Source: Squalus acanthias
Taxonomy: Eukaryota
DNA length: 64,000 bases
Direction: 5' to 3'
Assembly: GCA_030390025.1 (NCBI GenBank)
Contig: CM059432.1
Span: 106,580,001-106,644,000, forward strand
Under the pieces are notes generated by a model, which saw only the letters and a list, made by a program, of their open reading frames with translations, was not told where the DNA came from and did not search any database. Positions 26,228 through 38,397 of the stretch are shown here, in pieces. Every line of letters starts with the position of its first letter. The stretch's first letter is position 1. The position numbers and the translations under genes were made by a program.

Positions 26228-27399
26228 GACTGGGAGCAAGTGGTGCACTCAGAGGCCTTCCAGTTGCAGCCAACACCTTACTAATGTCCAACAGCACTCC
26301 CTGCACACTTTAACAACTTTATAAATGTCTTCCAGCAAGCCAGTATCGCAGTAAACTCTGCAAGAGCCAGTACAAGAGAAATAATCAACTTACCTGCAAG
26401 TTGGATGTATCCCTTTAAATAGTGCTGGAGGGCGTCCTTATGCATTCAGCTGTGCGTGTGTAGGAGAGGGCGTTGATTGGAACGGCGACATCCAAAATGG
26501 CAGGTTACACGCAGACTGCCGGCGAACGCACGTCCTGCCCGCGCTATCCCCCTCACCAAGATGGTGAACAGCGCGGCCGCGCCGGAAGGGGCCGGAAGTG
26601 AGGTGGCTGCCATTTATTTCTCCAAACTGGTCTTAACTACCGGCGCTAAGGTGCCGAATTTTGCGGCCAGGTGTTTCTCTCGCTCTTGATTTTCTTGTCT
26701 TGTCTGTTCCTCTGCTCTCCTGCATCCAATTCTGCAGCCGGGATATATTCCAGGGCAATTTCCATGGCTACAGAATCCCAGAGCACTGCTGTAAATTAAC
26801 TGAATGGAGTCAGGCTCATGCTAGTAATTTGTTTTGCCAAATGATTTGGTTGAGGAGGCTGCCAAAGTCATTCTGGTATTAATTGAGCAGATAATAACTG
26901 AATCCAAATTAAAACTTATGTTAAGTTGATTTCAATTTTTCTGATGTTTTAAAGACCAGATTGTAAAGCGGGTCAAAAAAACCATAAAGGTCGCTGTTCG
27001 ATAAATGAATATCATGATGAATATTTAAAGACCATCGGAGGAGTTTTGGTCAAGCAAGTGGAATTATTACTGCCAGCTGGGCCTTGTGGGTAAATCAGGA
27101 ATTCAATGGAAAGGGAAATGGGGCAAGGTGTATAACAGGCAGCCAATCTACTATCACCCATTTTGCATCACCGACAAATGTAAAAAGTCTCCCCCCACCC
27201 CCTCCGCCACCTAGTTTTACACTGTTTAAAAATAAAACCACTTTCGGTTCGGAGCCTGAGTCTTCATTCGGGGTGAGTTTAAATTCAATTCGCTTTCCGA
27301 AGAGAAGACAACCCTGTGGCAGCATGTGATACATTCCAGTAGCTGATATTCGGAGTAAGGATCCTCTGGTACAATCCCTGGACCTCAGTATTGTTTGCC

Positions 27400-27665
27400 T
27401 CAATAGGGAATTCAGAAGAAACTTCTTTACCCAGAGAGTGGTGACAATGTGGAACTCGTGACCACAGAGAGTGGTTGAAGCGAATAGTATAGATGCATTT
27501 AAGGGGAGGCTTGGTAAGCATATGAGGGAGAAGGGAATAGAGGGTTATGCTGATAGAGTTAGATGAGGAAAGATGGGAGGAGGCTCGAGTGGAGCATAAA
27601 CGCCAGCATGGACTGGTTGGGCTAAATGGCCTGTTTCTGTGCTGTATATACTATGTAATCCTATC
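27400..27665 (+). mobile_element. CR1 LINE 3' end
   Basis: REFRRNFFTQRVVTMWNS and a 3' UTR like that at 9090-9330. Confidence 0.8.
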
Positions 27666-28309
27666 CTATGATATTGGGCATAAAAAGGTATACTCCTGAT
27701 TATAGGGGATGTGAGGTCTGCTTACAGGAGTGGCCAGTGATGTTCAACTTGAGAAAATATCAAGTGTAAACATCCAAAAACGTGACAACTGATTTACATG
27801 AAAATTGCAGCCAGTGTTTCCTGAAATTACCCATAGGAAAACTGCGCATTTTGTTTGGACTCATGCCAATGTACAAAAAAAAAGGGTCATTAACTCTTTC
27901 TCTTAAATTATAGGGTAGTCTTTATAAATTCTTGCTCCTGGTGCAGAGCTTTGCAAATTTAATCTAGTATCCTTAAACTTTTACAAAGCACAATAGCAAC
28001 ATCCAGTGGTACAAATTCAGTACAGCAGCTCTCAGGTTATTTTGCTTATGTCTTTCCCTTTGTTGATCATTCAGAAATGAATCAAAATTGATTTCAAGTG
28101 GTGTTGCCCTAATTACAAAGCCTGACTTAAAAGAGGAATTCCTAGAGCAATGACTTAAATCGAGATTGAAACTCTCATTGCTGGTGTCAGTTGAAAGAAG
28201 AAAGTGAAACAAAACAAAAACACAAAAATTTAAATACAAGGAAAAAATACATATTTCACCTAAATTGTGCTGTTTCCTCTTCTTGTCCATATAAAATGGA
28301 CGTCAAAGG

Positions 28310-30300
28310 TTGCTAGGTGCTAGGAAGAGGCGGAAGACAGTTAAATAGGCCTGCATCAATGTTTATAGCATCAGTTTTTTTGCAGTTGCAATCTACTTTG
28401 ACATCTGCCTCTGAGCTATTTGCCATGCGGCGGCCATTTATCTCTCCATTTCAAATGGGTTTTCAATTGGGAATTCCTTTGTATCTTTGCTTTTTTGAGG
28501 AAAAGAGGAGTAAACGAGGGATGTCAGGCTGGGCAGACAGCAGTGGAAGTGCATGGCACCCCCATCACCAGAAACTCCATGCCAGAGTATACAGACAGAG
28601 GCGCACATACCTGCATCTGTCTGAAGACCAGTGCATCCAGAGGCCTTGCTTGATAAAGGAAACTGTCATTGAGTTATGCCACTCCCAGTGGCTGTGAAGG
28701 TCGCAATCAGCCTTAATTTTTATGAAATTCATTCCACGCTGCCGCTGGAGACATGAGCCAAACAGCTATGCAGAGATGTATTGAGCAATATGCTATCTGG
28801 ATATATTGATTGCCAGCAATTTCATCTCCTTCCCCAGCAGCACAACAGGGCAATGCAATGCACAGGGGTGGCGGCACTCCCCATAGATTTCACCCATGTT
28901 GGCTATATGTGCTTCCTTGCTCCATTACACTACATTACTATGTCAACAGGAAAGGATTCTACTTTCTCAACGGGGTGCTATTATGCAAGTGAATGCTCGC
29001 TTCCCTGTGAGCTGCCACAACACCTTAATTTTAAGGCAGAACATGGTGCCACGACTGTTTGACACCCGAACTAGAAAGGCAAGTCTCAGTTGAGTCCTGG
29101 CAGATCTCTGGAACCATGGCTGGTCACACTTGTGCAGTATCCCAAGACATAAGCTATAATGATGTCCACTTATCCACGTGAGTGATCACTGACCACACCA
29201 ATGGCATGTTGAAAGCATGCTTCTGGTGGCTGCATTGATCTGGAATGTCCTGCAATGTAATCTGGATAAGGTCTAAAGGGTAATGGTTGTGTGCTGCATG
29301 TTAAAAAACGTTGCCTTACAAAGAGGCTTCATTATGGAAACCCCAGAGGAGGAAAACCCCATAGGTGGCAAAAGGATCAGAAAGAGGAGAAGCAACAGCC
29401 TGAAGAGGATGTGAAGAAGGGACACTCTTGCAACCTTCCCTTGGCTTCAACATCTGCCCACCTCATTAACAGTCGTGTTTTCATCTTCTCCCTTCCCTTC
29501 ATGTGTGCAGATGTGGAGATGGAGATCACGGAACCCCCATGGATATCCTACCCAAATAACTTTAGTGCAACCCTAATTTTAATGTGACACTGTACATTGT
29601 ACATATCGAGTGCTCCTCACCACGTGCTTCCCCTTGGTGCCAATGGATGAAGTATTTACTTTTAACCTTTGCCTTGTGCTCTCCTAGGTGTTCCCTCATG
29701 GCAGAAATGCATGAAGTTGGTGGATGCTGCGTTGATATGAGCCTCTTGAGACTGAGGTGCCCCTTATCTAAGTCCTGGGATAGGTCTGCTATATGATGGG
29801 CCACTTGCACTGCTACATTGGCATCCTGACCCTGCCTTTTTCTGCCACATATGCAGGTATTGGAGGGGCTGGAGAGAGGGCCTTCATATGCTGCTATCCT
29901 GACAGACAGCACCATCATCCATGCCCATTCCTGCAGTGCCAGTAGTATTGGCTACTGGCTCAGCATGGCACTGATGTACAGGAAACCTAGTGAAGCCCCA
30001 TGTGGTGTTTTTCTGCAACCCAGCCCCAATCCTTTGGTGGCTCAGAGAGATGCATCTCTCCAATCTGACACCCTAGCCCTCTATGGCAGCAGTCTGAGCA
30101 TCCATAAAGGAAGTGCAGATTGCCCTTACAGATTCAGATAGCCCTGGAGCTGCCTTGTACTCCATGGTGGACTGCAGAGTTCTGAATCTGCCCACCAAAA
30201 TGCTGCGCATGCTGCTAGTGGACTCCTCCGCCCGAGTCACCATCCACAGCACACATGGCTTGCACCAATGCCTGAAGAGAAGGATGTCAGCCATTGCACA
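28310..30300. mobile_element. Old, heavily degraded Harbinger remnant
   Basis: RVYRQRRTYLHLSEDQCIQR at ~28580, YVNRKGF at ~28940 and VCCML at ~29290 (+ strand transposase); the partner gene is not clearly readable. Confidence 0.6.
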
Positions 30301-30394
30301 GTGGTAGTAGAAAAAAAGATAACGCCTTTCACAACCAAATTGTTGTACAGCCAATGAAGCATTTTTGAAGTGTTGTCACTGATGTAATGTAGGA

Positions 30395-30777
30395 CTCTCA
30401 CCTCTGAGTCAGAAAGTTGTGGGTTTAAGTTCCACTCCAGAAACTTGAACACAATATCTACACTGACACTCCAGTGCTGAGGGAGTGCTGCACTGTCGGA
30501 GGTGCTGTCTTTCATTAAATGAAGGCCGTCTGCCCTCTCAAGTGGATGTAACAGATCCCATGGCACCATTCGAAGAAGAACAGGGAAGTTCTCCTGGTTT
30601 CTTGGCCAATATTTATCCCTCAACTAGTACCTAAAACAGACTATCTGGTCATTTATTTAATTGCTGTTTATGGGACCTTGCTGTGCACAAATTGGCTGCT
30701 GTGTTTCCGACAACACTTCAAAAGTGCTTCATCGGCTGTAAAGCGCTTTGGCATCCTGCGGTCACGAAAGGCACTAT
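30395..30777 (+). mobile_element. tRNA-derived Deu-domain SINE (SacSINE1-like)
   Basis: tRNA-like head (ctctgagtcagaaagttgtgggtttaagt), Deu-like core gagggagtgctgcactgtcggaggtgc, and L2-like tail. Confidence 0.75.
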
Positions 30778-30956
30778 GGGTGAGAAATTGGGCTCGGTAG
30801 CGCCTGTTTTTTGGGTGCTATGAGTGTCGTTAGGGTTCCAAAATGGCGTCTGCGGCGCGTGCTCACACTTCTGACGCGAAGTGCACCGGACGCTATCTTG
30901 GTAAAGGCGTTAGCGAATGGCAGTTAACGTCCGCCGGAAGTATGCAGAGCAGGCAT

Positions 30957-31042
30957 AACATAACAAATAACAAATAGGAGCAGGAATAGGCCACTTGACC
31001 CCTCGAGCCTGCTCCGCCATTCAATAAGATCATGGCTGATCT
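30957..31042 (-). mobile_element. Very short CR1 3' tail insertion
   Basis: aaataggagcaggaataggcc...ctcgagcctgctccgccattcaataagatcatggctgatct. Confidence 0.7.
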
Positions 31043-31370
31043 TGGGCTCAAAGCCCCTTAAGAAGGCAGATGCCAGCGCTGCAATTTTGCAGCTCAACGC
31101 TCCAACCAACGCCTTCTCTTAAGCTCGCACAACTGAACACGTGTTAAGCAGCAGGAAGGAACTCTCCCCGAACCAGCATTATTTAAAGGGATGATCAACT
31201 ACTTACAGATTAGTTGCTGGTTGATTTCTTCTGGCTGTTGCTACAATTCTACACGTTGGTGCTTTCCACAGTTGTTTCAGGTTTCAAAAGTCTACAGGGA
31301 GTGGTGTGGCAGGAGCTGAAGTACTTTTTGCTGACTTCGAGGCTTCTGCACAAAGCATTTGCTCCCAGAC

Positions 31371-32509
31371 ATGGTTGCACTAGTAAGCCTGCCTCTTGGA
31401 ATAGAGCATGACTGGGAGAATGAGCAGAGGCCATGCAGAAGAGGGCCTGCTAGAAGAGGGAGGAGGAGGAGGGGAGAAGGGCTTTCAGGAGGAGGCCATA
31501 TCCGCCCAAGGTGTTCAGGGAGCAATTCTCCTACCAGAACCTCAGCGAGGAACAATTTGAGAGACGACTGCATCACTAAGGAGGTCCTCACTGAAATCTG
31601 CCAACTGCTGCCCCCACAACTCAATCTTAGAGCAGGGCAAGGACCACATCACCAGTGGTTGTAAAGGTGACCGTGACTATGAACTTTTATGCATCTGGCT
31701 CCTTCTACGTTGCTGCTGGAGGTATTAGCAACATCTTGCAGTTTGCCATCTACTGCTGGATAGGGAGGTCACTGAGGCTCTCTATTCAAAGACAGCTAAC
31801 TTCATTTCATTCCCTCTTGCCAGAGAGAAGCAGGCGGACCGAGCACGAGGGTTTGCAGGCTTGCCCATGGTGCAGGGTGCCATTGACTGCATGCACATCG
31901 CTTTGCAGGCATCGCACGTCAACTCTGCCATGTACCGGAACTGAAAGGGATTCCACTCCCTCAACGTGCAGCTGGTGTGTGACCATAGGCAGTGCATCAT
32001 GCAGGTCAGTGCCCGGTATCCTGGCAGCAGTCATGATGCCTTCATTCTGTGGCTGTCTGCTGTGCCAGCTGTGTTTTAGCCACTACGGCAAACCAAAGGG
32101 TAGCTACTGAGCAACAAGGGCTATCTGCTGACGACATGGCTCATGTCTCCGGTTCGTACCCCATGCACATGCATACAATGAGAGCCATGCTGCCACAAGA
32201 AATGCGATAGAGCAGACTATTGGCGCCCTGAAGCAATGATTCCGCTGACTGGACCTCTCTTGAGGAACCTTGCAGTACTCGGCTGAGCGGGTCTCAAAGA
32301 TTTGTGGTTGCATGCTGCACAACCTCGCCATCGTGAGGGAACAGCCCTTGCCACCACCTATCAGGCGAGATGCTGAGCAGCAGGAACACGAGGAGGACGT
32401 GGAAGAGGAGGTGGTTGAAGAGGAGGAAGGGGAAGGGAAGCGGCAACCTGGACAACCCATTCCAGCCCGGGCTGTACGTGAAGAACTAATTCAAGTGCGA
32501 TACCAGTAA
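31371..32509 (+). pseudogene. Harbinger B transposase
   Basis: MVALVSLPL..., [42 protein letters not shown] and an acidic tail; multiple stops. Confidence 0.9.
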
Positions 32510-33712
32510 CCTCAACCCCAATTCCCCATTCACCAACAGTCCCACACTCCTTACCTTCCCTCTGTTACTGACCATCACATCGTCCTCTTGGCCACAATGC
32601 AAAAATAAAAGCCAACACAAAATTTATAAATGAAATCATGCCACATTCCATACACAGTTAAACTTATTACCCTTGTGCATTCCATGGGTGGCTGTCTTCC
32701 GTGTGCCTTTGCCTGTCCTGCTTCTACGAAGTGCTACCCCAGTGGCTGCAGCATGGCTGGTGGAAGGCTACTGACTTTCAGTGGAGGAGACTGCAGATGG
32801 CCTTGTAGGACAACCTTGAGCAGCTCTGCCCGGCTTCAGACTGCACCATCTTGGCATGGACGGCAGCAGTCTGGGCTGGCTGGCTGACAGGCAGCAGCAA
32901 GGGCACTGGCGGAGTGGGAGGACGAATGCTGTCATCCTGAGAGAGGCCAGCAGGTTCTTGCTCCATGGAGCCACTGCCACTCCCCAGGGGTGGCGCCTCA
33001 GCAATCCTACTAATCTGTTGGAGGACAGATTGCTGGACTGCTGTGACACCCTGCAAGCCCCTTTGAACACTGGTATCCACAGCCACGATGGCAGCAGTCT
33101 GAGTTTGAAGAGCAGCAAGGTGAGCTTGCATGAGAGCAGTCTGAGCTTCTACTGCAGCACTCAGACGTTGGGTGGCTTCTGCTTGTACTGCAATGGAAGC
33201 TGAGACATCGGCCATCAGACGCTGCATCATGGTTGAGTCTGCAAGTGTGCTAATGGAGTTGGCCACCACTTCCATGCTGGAAAGGATGGGCTCCAAGTTC
33301 TGCGCAAAGCCCTGTACCAAGTTGGTGCCGGACTCCTCCATGCTCCTTGACATTGAACGCAAGCTTTCTGGCAGACTTCCCAATGCACCAAGCATTTTGT
33401 TGGATACACCCATCAGCCTTCTTCTGTAGAATGCCCCATCAAAGTCCTTCTCTGAGTCCTTTGCAGCCTAACTCGAATGCAACCTCGCCATCCAGCGAAC
33501 TGGCACCTGCGCTATCCTTGCCCCCTGCCCTGGCTGCAGTACTCTTGTGCCCAGTGTCTCACCATGTGCAGATCCCGCCTCTAACCTATCCTCTAAGATA
33601 CACGCAGTGTCAGTATCTGAGCTGATGGCCGCAAGTGTGAAATGAAGTGATGCTGTGTCTTCATCATCGCTCTCCTCTTGGTCTTGCTCCACTGCCTGGC
33701 CAGGTTGCACTT

Positions 33713-35135
33713 AGAATCATAGAAATTTATGGCACAGAAGGAGGCCCATCATGTCTGTGGCGGTCGAAAAAGAGCTATCCAGCCTAATCCCACTTTCCAA
33801 CTCTTGGTCCATAGCATTGTAGCTTACGGCACTTCAAGTGCATATCCAAGTACTTTTTAAAGTGATGAGGGTTTCTACCTCTACCACCATTTCAGGTAGT
33901 GAGTTCCAGATCCCCACCACCCTCTGGGTGAAAAAGTTTCTCCTCAACACCCCTCTAATCCTTCTACCAATTACTTTAAATCTATGCCCCCTGGTTATTG
34001 ATCTCTCTGCTAAGGGAAATAGGTGCTTCCTATCCACTCTATCTAGGCCCCTCATAATTTTATACACCTCAATTAAGTCTCCCCTCAGCCTCCTCTGTTC
34101 CAAAGAAAACAACCTCAGTCTATCCAATCTTTCCTCATAGCTAAAATTCTCCAGTCCTGGCAACATCCTTGTAAATCTCCTCTGTACTCTCTCGAGTGCA
34201 ATCACATCTTTCCTGTAATGTGGTGACCAAAACTGCACGCAGTACTCTAGCTATGGCCTAACTATTGTTTTATACAGTTCTAGCATAACCTCTCTGCTCT
34301 TATATTCTATACCTTGGCTAATAAAGGAAAGTATCCTGTATTCTTAACCACCTTACTTACCTGTCCTGCTACCTTCAGGGATCTGTGGACATGCACTCCA
34401 AGGTCCCTCTGTTCCTCTACATTTCTCAGTATTCTACCATTTATTGTGTATTCCCTTGTATGCCTTGTTAGCCCTCCCCAAATGCATTACCTCACACTTC
34501 TCCAGATTGAATTCCATTTGCCACTTTTCTGCCCACCTGACCAGTCCATTGATATCTTCCTGCAGTCTACAGCTTTCTTCCTCAGTATCAACCACACGGC
34601 CAATTTTTGTATCATCTGCAAACTTCTTAATCATGCCCCCTGCATTGAAGTCTAAATCATTGATATATACCACAAAAAGCAAGGGACCTAGTACTGAGCC
34701 CTGCGGAACCCCACTGGAAACAGCCTTCCAGTCACAAAAACACCCGTCGACCATTACCCTTTGCTTCCTGCCACTGAGCCAATTTTGGATCCAACTTGCC
34801 ACTTTCCCTTGGATCCCATGGACTTTTACTTCTTTGACCAACCTGCCATGTGGGACCTTGTCAAAGCCCTTGCTAAAATCCATATAGACTACATCAAACA
34901 TACTACCCTCACCGACCCTCCTTGTTACCCCCTCAAAAAATTAAATCAAATTAGTCAGACACGACCTTCCCTTAACAAATCCATGCTGACTGTCCTTGAT
35001 AAATCCGTGACTTTCTAAATGACGATTTATACTGTCCCTCAGAATTTTTTCCAATAATTTTCCCATCACCGAGGTTAGACTGACTGTCCTGTAATTACTC
35101 GGTCTATCCCTTTCTCCCTTTTTAAACAATGGCAT
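33713..35135 (-). mobile_element. 5'-truncated CR1 LINE
   Basis: PLFKKG, QHGFVKG, DFSKGFDKVPH, GVPQGSVLGP, FADD, QFWSPHY. Confidence 0.93.
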
Positions 35136-35495
35136 TTCTTGGGTATCTGAAAAGAAAACGGCACAAGGGTAAGTTTGTGGTGAGGGGGGGAAGGGAGAGG
35201 TGCATGCTTACACCATCTGCAGCTTATAATTCAGAAGCAATTGTGGGATGAGGGGGAAGTGAGATGTGAGAAGGAGGATTAGGTAGGAGGATACCGCCAC
35301 CTTCGATGGTTTCAGCCCCACCACTGGCCATGGCCTCAGCAATGGCCCTTCCGATAATGGCCAACACCATCTCCTCCATGGGAGTTAGAGCATGCAGGCA
35401 CGCCTCTCCCCCTCCAGTTAGTTCCTAGTGCCTTCGGTTGTGCGCCGCCTTCTCCTGCAAGGGAGAGGGAAGTGTGTCAGTGAGTGTGGTACATT

Positions 35496-36240
35496 GGCCC
35501 GAAAATTAGACCTAATACGCGAGAGTACGCACTGTGTACTCTCGCGTTTTAGGTCTCCAATTGCTGGTTTCCAGCATGCACTGCGCATGCGCGGGAAACC
35601 GGCACTTCGTGAATTCAAAAGGGGGCGGTTCCTAAGTGAACCGCGTGCGCGCTACAGGCTGCGCGCACGCAGTGCACTTAGTGCTTTGAACGCGCAGGTA
35701 AGCATGGAAGATTTTACACATAAAGAAAGGAGGCGTAAGACCCTCTTTTAACAAGGTAAGTAGTTAATTAAGTATTATTTTAAATTTTTTTCAACAGGTT
35801 TATCTTTTTTAGAGACTTTAAAGAAAGGTAAGTTTATTTTTATAACTTTTAAAAAGATTTTAAATTTTTTCAAAAATTTAATTTTTTGTTTAAAGTGGTT
35901 AATTTATTTAACTATACTTATTTTATTAATGTGATGGCTTTTTTTTTAAATTTAATTGAGGTTTAGCTGTTCTTTTGGGGGGGTATAGTATTCATAGCTT
36001 TGACAGGTCTTCCTGTCAAAACTATGAATGAAAGATGGTGTGCTGCCATTGGCTCTAACTGAATCACGTGATCCCAGAGCTCGCACGAACTAATTGCGTC
36101 TCTGGGTCACGCAAGCACTGCACAGCTGCAGCCTTGAAACTAAAGTTCGTGTGGGCCCAGAGGAAAAAGGTAGGCGCGGAGTGAGATATCACGGGGAAGC
36201 CTTACCCCCGCGTGAACACTCAGTGTTTAATTTCTGGGCC
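35496..36240. mobile_element. ~745-bp MITE (same family as 41968-42732, opposite orientation)
   Basis: TIRs ggcccgaaaatta / taatttctgggcc, near-TSD att/aat, shared internal palindromes and AT-rich core. Confidence 0.75.
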
Positions 36241-37019
36241 AATATGTTTGGGTGATGTGGCTGTCATGGTTGAATAGCTGGCAGTATATGAAAGATGTGG
36301 GTGTGAGGCTTGCAACAGTGCTAAGTGTGTGAGGGTAAGGTGAAGCATATGCATGTTAGGTATGAGTCCTGATTGATCGAGATTGGCGGTAGGTGAGTGA
36401 TGGGGATGTGATTAATTGATTAGTGGCTGAGGCTAGTGGTGCAGTTGGTGGGATATGGCATTTGAAGATGCATTCACTGACCTTGACCACTCGTGTGAGG
36501 TCATTAAACTTCTTGCGGCACTGCATCCAGGTCCTTGGGGCAATACTCCTGGCATTGACTTCCGTGGCTATCTGCTCCCACTGCCTTTTACGCAGTGTCT
36601 GGTGGGTCTCCTGCCCCCTGCGGATACATGATGTCTCTCCTCCTTTCCACCAAGACCTCCAGCGCAGCGTTGGAAACCTAGGTGCCTGGTCTCTCCAATG
36701 TTCAGCCATTCTTCTGTCTTTCCCAGGTTACAGTCAACTCACACAGGGCTCCCAGCACCTACTCCAGCCACAATGCACCTCCACTTTAAGAGGTGCAGGC
36801 CAGCTTTAAGAAGTGCTGGCTATCTTTAAGTAGTGCTAGCATTGATCCATTTTGGGCCCCCTGCTAATGCATGCAGCCAATCAACAGCACAGTTAGCACT
36901 GGCTGCATGCAGAAATCATGCTAATGAGCAGGCAGCAGGAAGATGCCGTGCTGCCTGCATTATATCGAACAGGTGCCGGGTAATCGCGAAACTTTTGGTG
37001 GGCAGGGAGTGGATAGTCA

Positions 37020-38218
37020 CGGGGTGGTGGGGTGTGTGTGTGTGGGAGGGGGTGGTGTGTGGGGGGTGTGTGTGGGGGGGGGGGGGGGGGAGGGTGGGGG
37101 GGGTGTGTGTGGGGGGGTGTGTGGGGAGGGTGGAGGGATGTGTGGGGGTGTGTGTAGGGGGTGGGTGTGTGGGGGGGTGGGTGTGTGGGGGGGGGTGGGT
37201 GTGGGGGGGGGGTGGGGGGGAGTGTGGAGGGGTGTGGGGGGGTGGGGAGGGTGGTGTGGAGGGTGGTGTGGAAGGTGTGTGGGGGGTGGGGAGGGGGGTG
37301 GGGGGCGTGTGGGGGGGCGTGGGGGGGGGCTGTGGGGGGGTGGGGTGGGGGAGGGTTTGTGGGGGGGGGGGTGGGGGGAGGGGTGGGGGTGTGTGGAGGG
37401 GGGGGGCGTGGGGGAGGCTGTGGGGGGGTGGGGTGGGGGAGGGTTTGTGGGGGGGGTGGGGGTGTGTGGAGGGGGGGTGTAGTGAGGGGGTGGTGTGGTG
37501 GGGAAAGTGTGGGGGGTGGTGTGTGGGGGGGTGTGTGGAGGGTGTGGGGGGGGTGTGGGGGGGTGTGGAGGGGGGGTGTGGAGGGGCGTGGGGGGGGTTG
37601 GGGGAGGGGGGTGGGGAGGAGGGGGGGTGGGAGAGGGTGTGGGGGGGTGGTGGGGTGTAGGGGGGGGTGTGGGTGTGTGGGAGGGTGGGGGGGGGTGGTG
37701 GGGGGGGCTTGGGGGAGGGGGGTGGGGAGAGGGGGGGTGGGAGAGGGTGTGGGGGGGGTGGTGGGGTGTAGGGGGGGGTGTGGGGTGTAGGGGGGGGTGT
37801 GGTGTGGTGTGTGGGGGTGGGGGGGCGTGGGGGGGGCTTGGGGGAGGGGGGTGGGGAGAGGGGGGGTGGGAGAGGGTGTGGGGGGGGTGGTGGGGTGTAG
37901 GGGGGGGTGGGGGGGTGTGTGTGGGTGTGTGGGAGGGTGGGGGTGTGGAGGGGGAGGGTGGGGGTGTGGAGGGGGTGTGTGGGAGTGGGTGTGTGGGAGG
38001 GTGGGGGTGTGTGGGGGGGGTGTGTGGGGGGGGGTGTGTGGGGGGGGGTGTGGGGAGGGGGGAGGGGGTGGAGGGGAGGGTGTGTGTGGGGGTGGGGAGG
38101 GGGGTGTGGGGGAGGGGAGGGGGGTGTGGGGTGGGGGGGTGGGAGGGGGTGTGTGGGGGGGTGTGGGGGTGGGGGTGTGTGGCGGGGGGTGGGGTGTGTG
38201 GGGAGGGTGTGTGGGAGG
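37020..38218. repeat. G/T-rich low-complexity tract (GGGGTGTG-type)
   Basis: 1.2 kb made almost entirely of G runs interspersed with TG, with ~90-130-bp internal duplications at 37560-37910. Confidence 0.9.
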
Positions 38219-38397
38219 TGACGTAAGAAAACTACTCGGCACTTGGTCTAAGCATTAAACAAAACTGTTTTCCAACATGGAGATCCAGTTGTGTCCTTTA
38301 TAGTTCCTGTTAAGAATGTCCTGCGCAAGCTGGGCCCAGGCCCGAGTATTTATACTCTCCCTGGATAGCGCCACCTGCAGGCCACTCAGTATTATTT
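38219..38397 (-). mobile_element. Truncated solo LTR of the Gypsy family at 44581-48978
   Basis: Starts tgacgtaagaaaactact and aligns along its length to both LTRs; cut off by the Penelope fragment. Confidence 0.88.

Larger units (their letters stand above)
14582..26668. mobile_element. Two-gene PIF/Harbinger transposon A (~3.8 kb once the nested insertions are removed)
   Basis: TIRs gggggcaaaattcg / cgaattttgcggcc; convergent Myb-like (+) and transposase (-) genes rejoin across the RTE and solo-LTR insertions. Confidence 0.8.
32690..36709 (-). pseudogene. Harbinger B Myb/SANT partner gene (3 exons, interrupted by a MITE in intron 1 and a CR1 in exon 3)
   Basis: MAEHWRDQAPRF...QWEQIATEVNARSIAPRTWMQCRKKFNDLTRVVK; exon 3 ORF 32778..33413 is homologous to 22599..23219. 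Confidence 0.8.
30778..37000. mobile_element. Two-gene PIF/Harbinger transposon B
   Basis: Left end gggtgagaaattggg; convergent transposase (+) and Myb-like (-) genes homologous to element A; right end approximate. Confidence 0.75.

Noticed and set aside
27973..28290. 105-aa minus-strand ORF with an internal polypyrimidine/AG site
   Set aside because: No recognisable homology or convincing donor site
4740..32509. Domesticated HARBI1/NAIF1-like host genes
   Set aside because: All copies have stops or frameshifts and lie in a transposon context
36833..38258. Gly-rich and Pro/His-rich ORFs
   Set aside because: Translation of the G-run low-complexity tract
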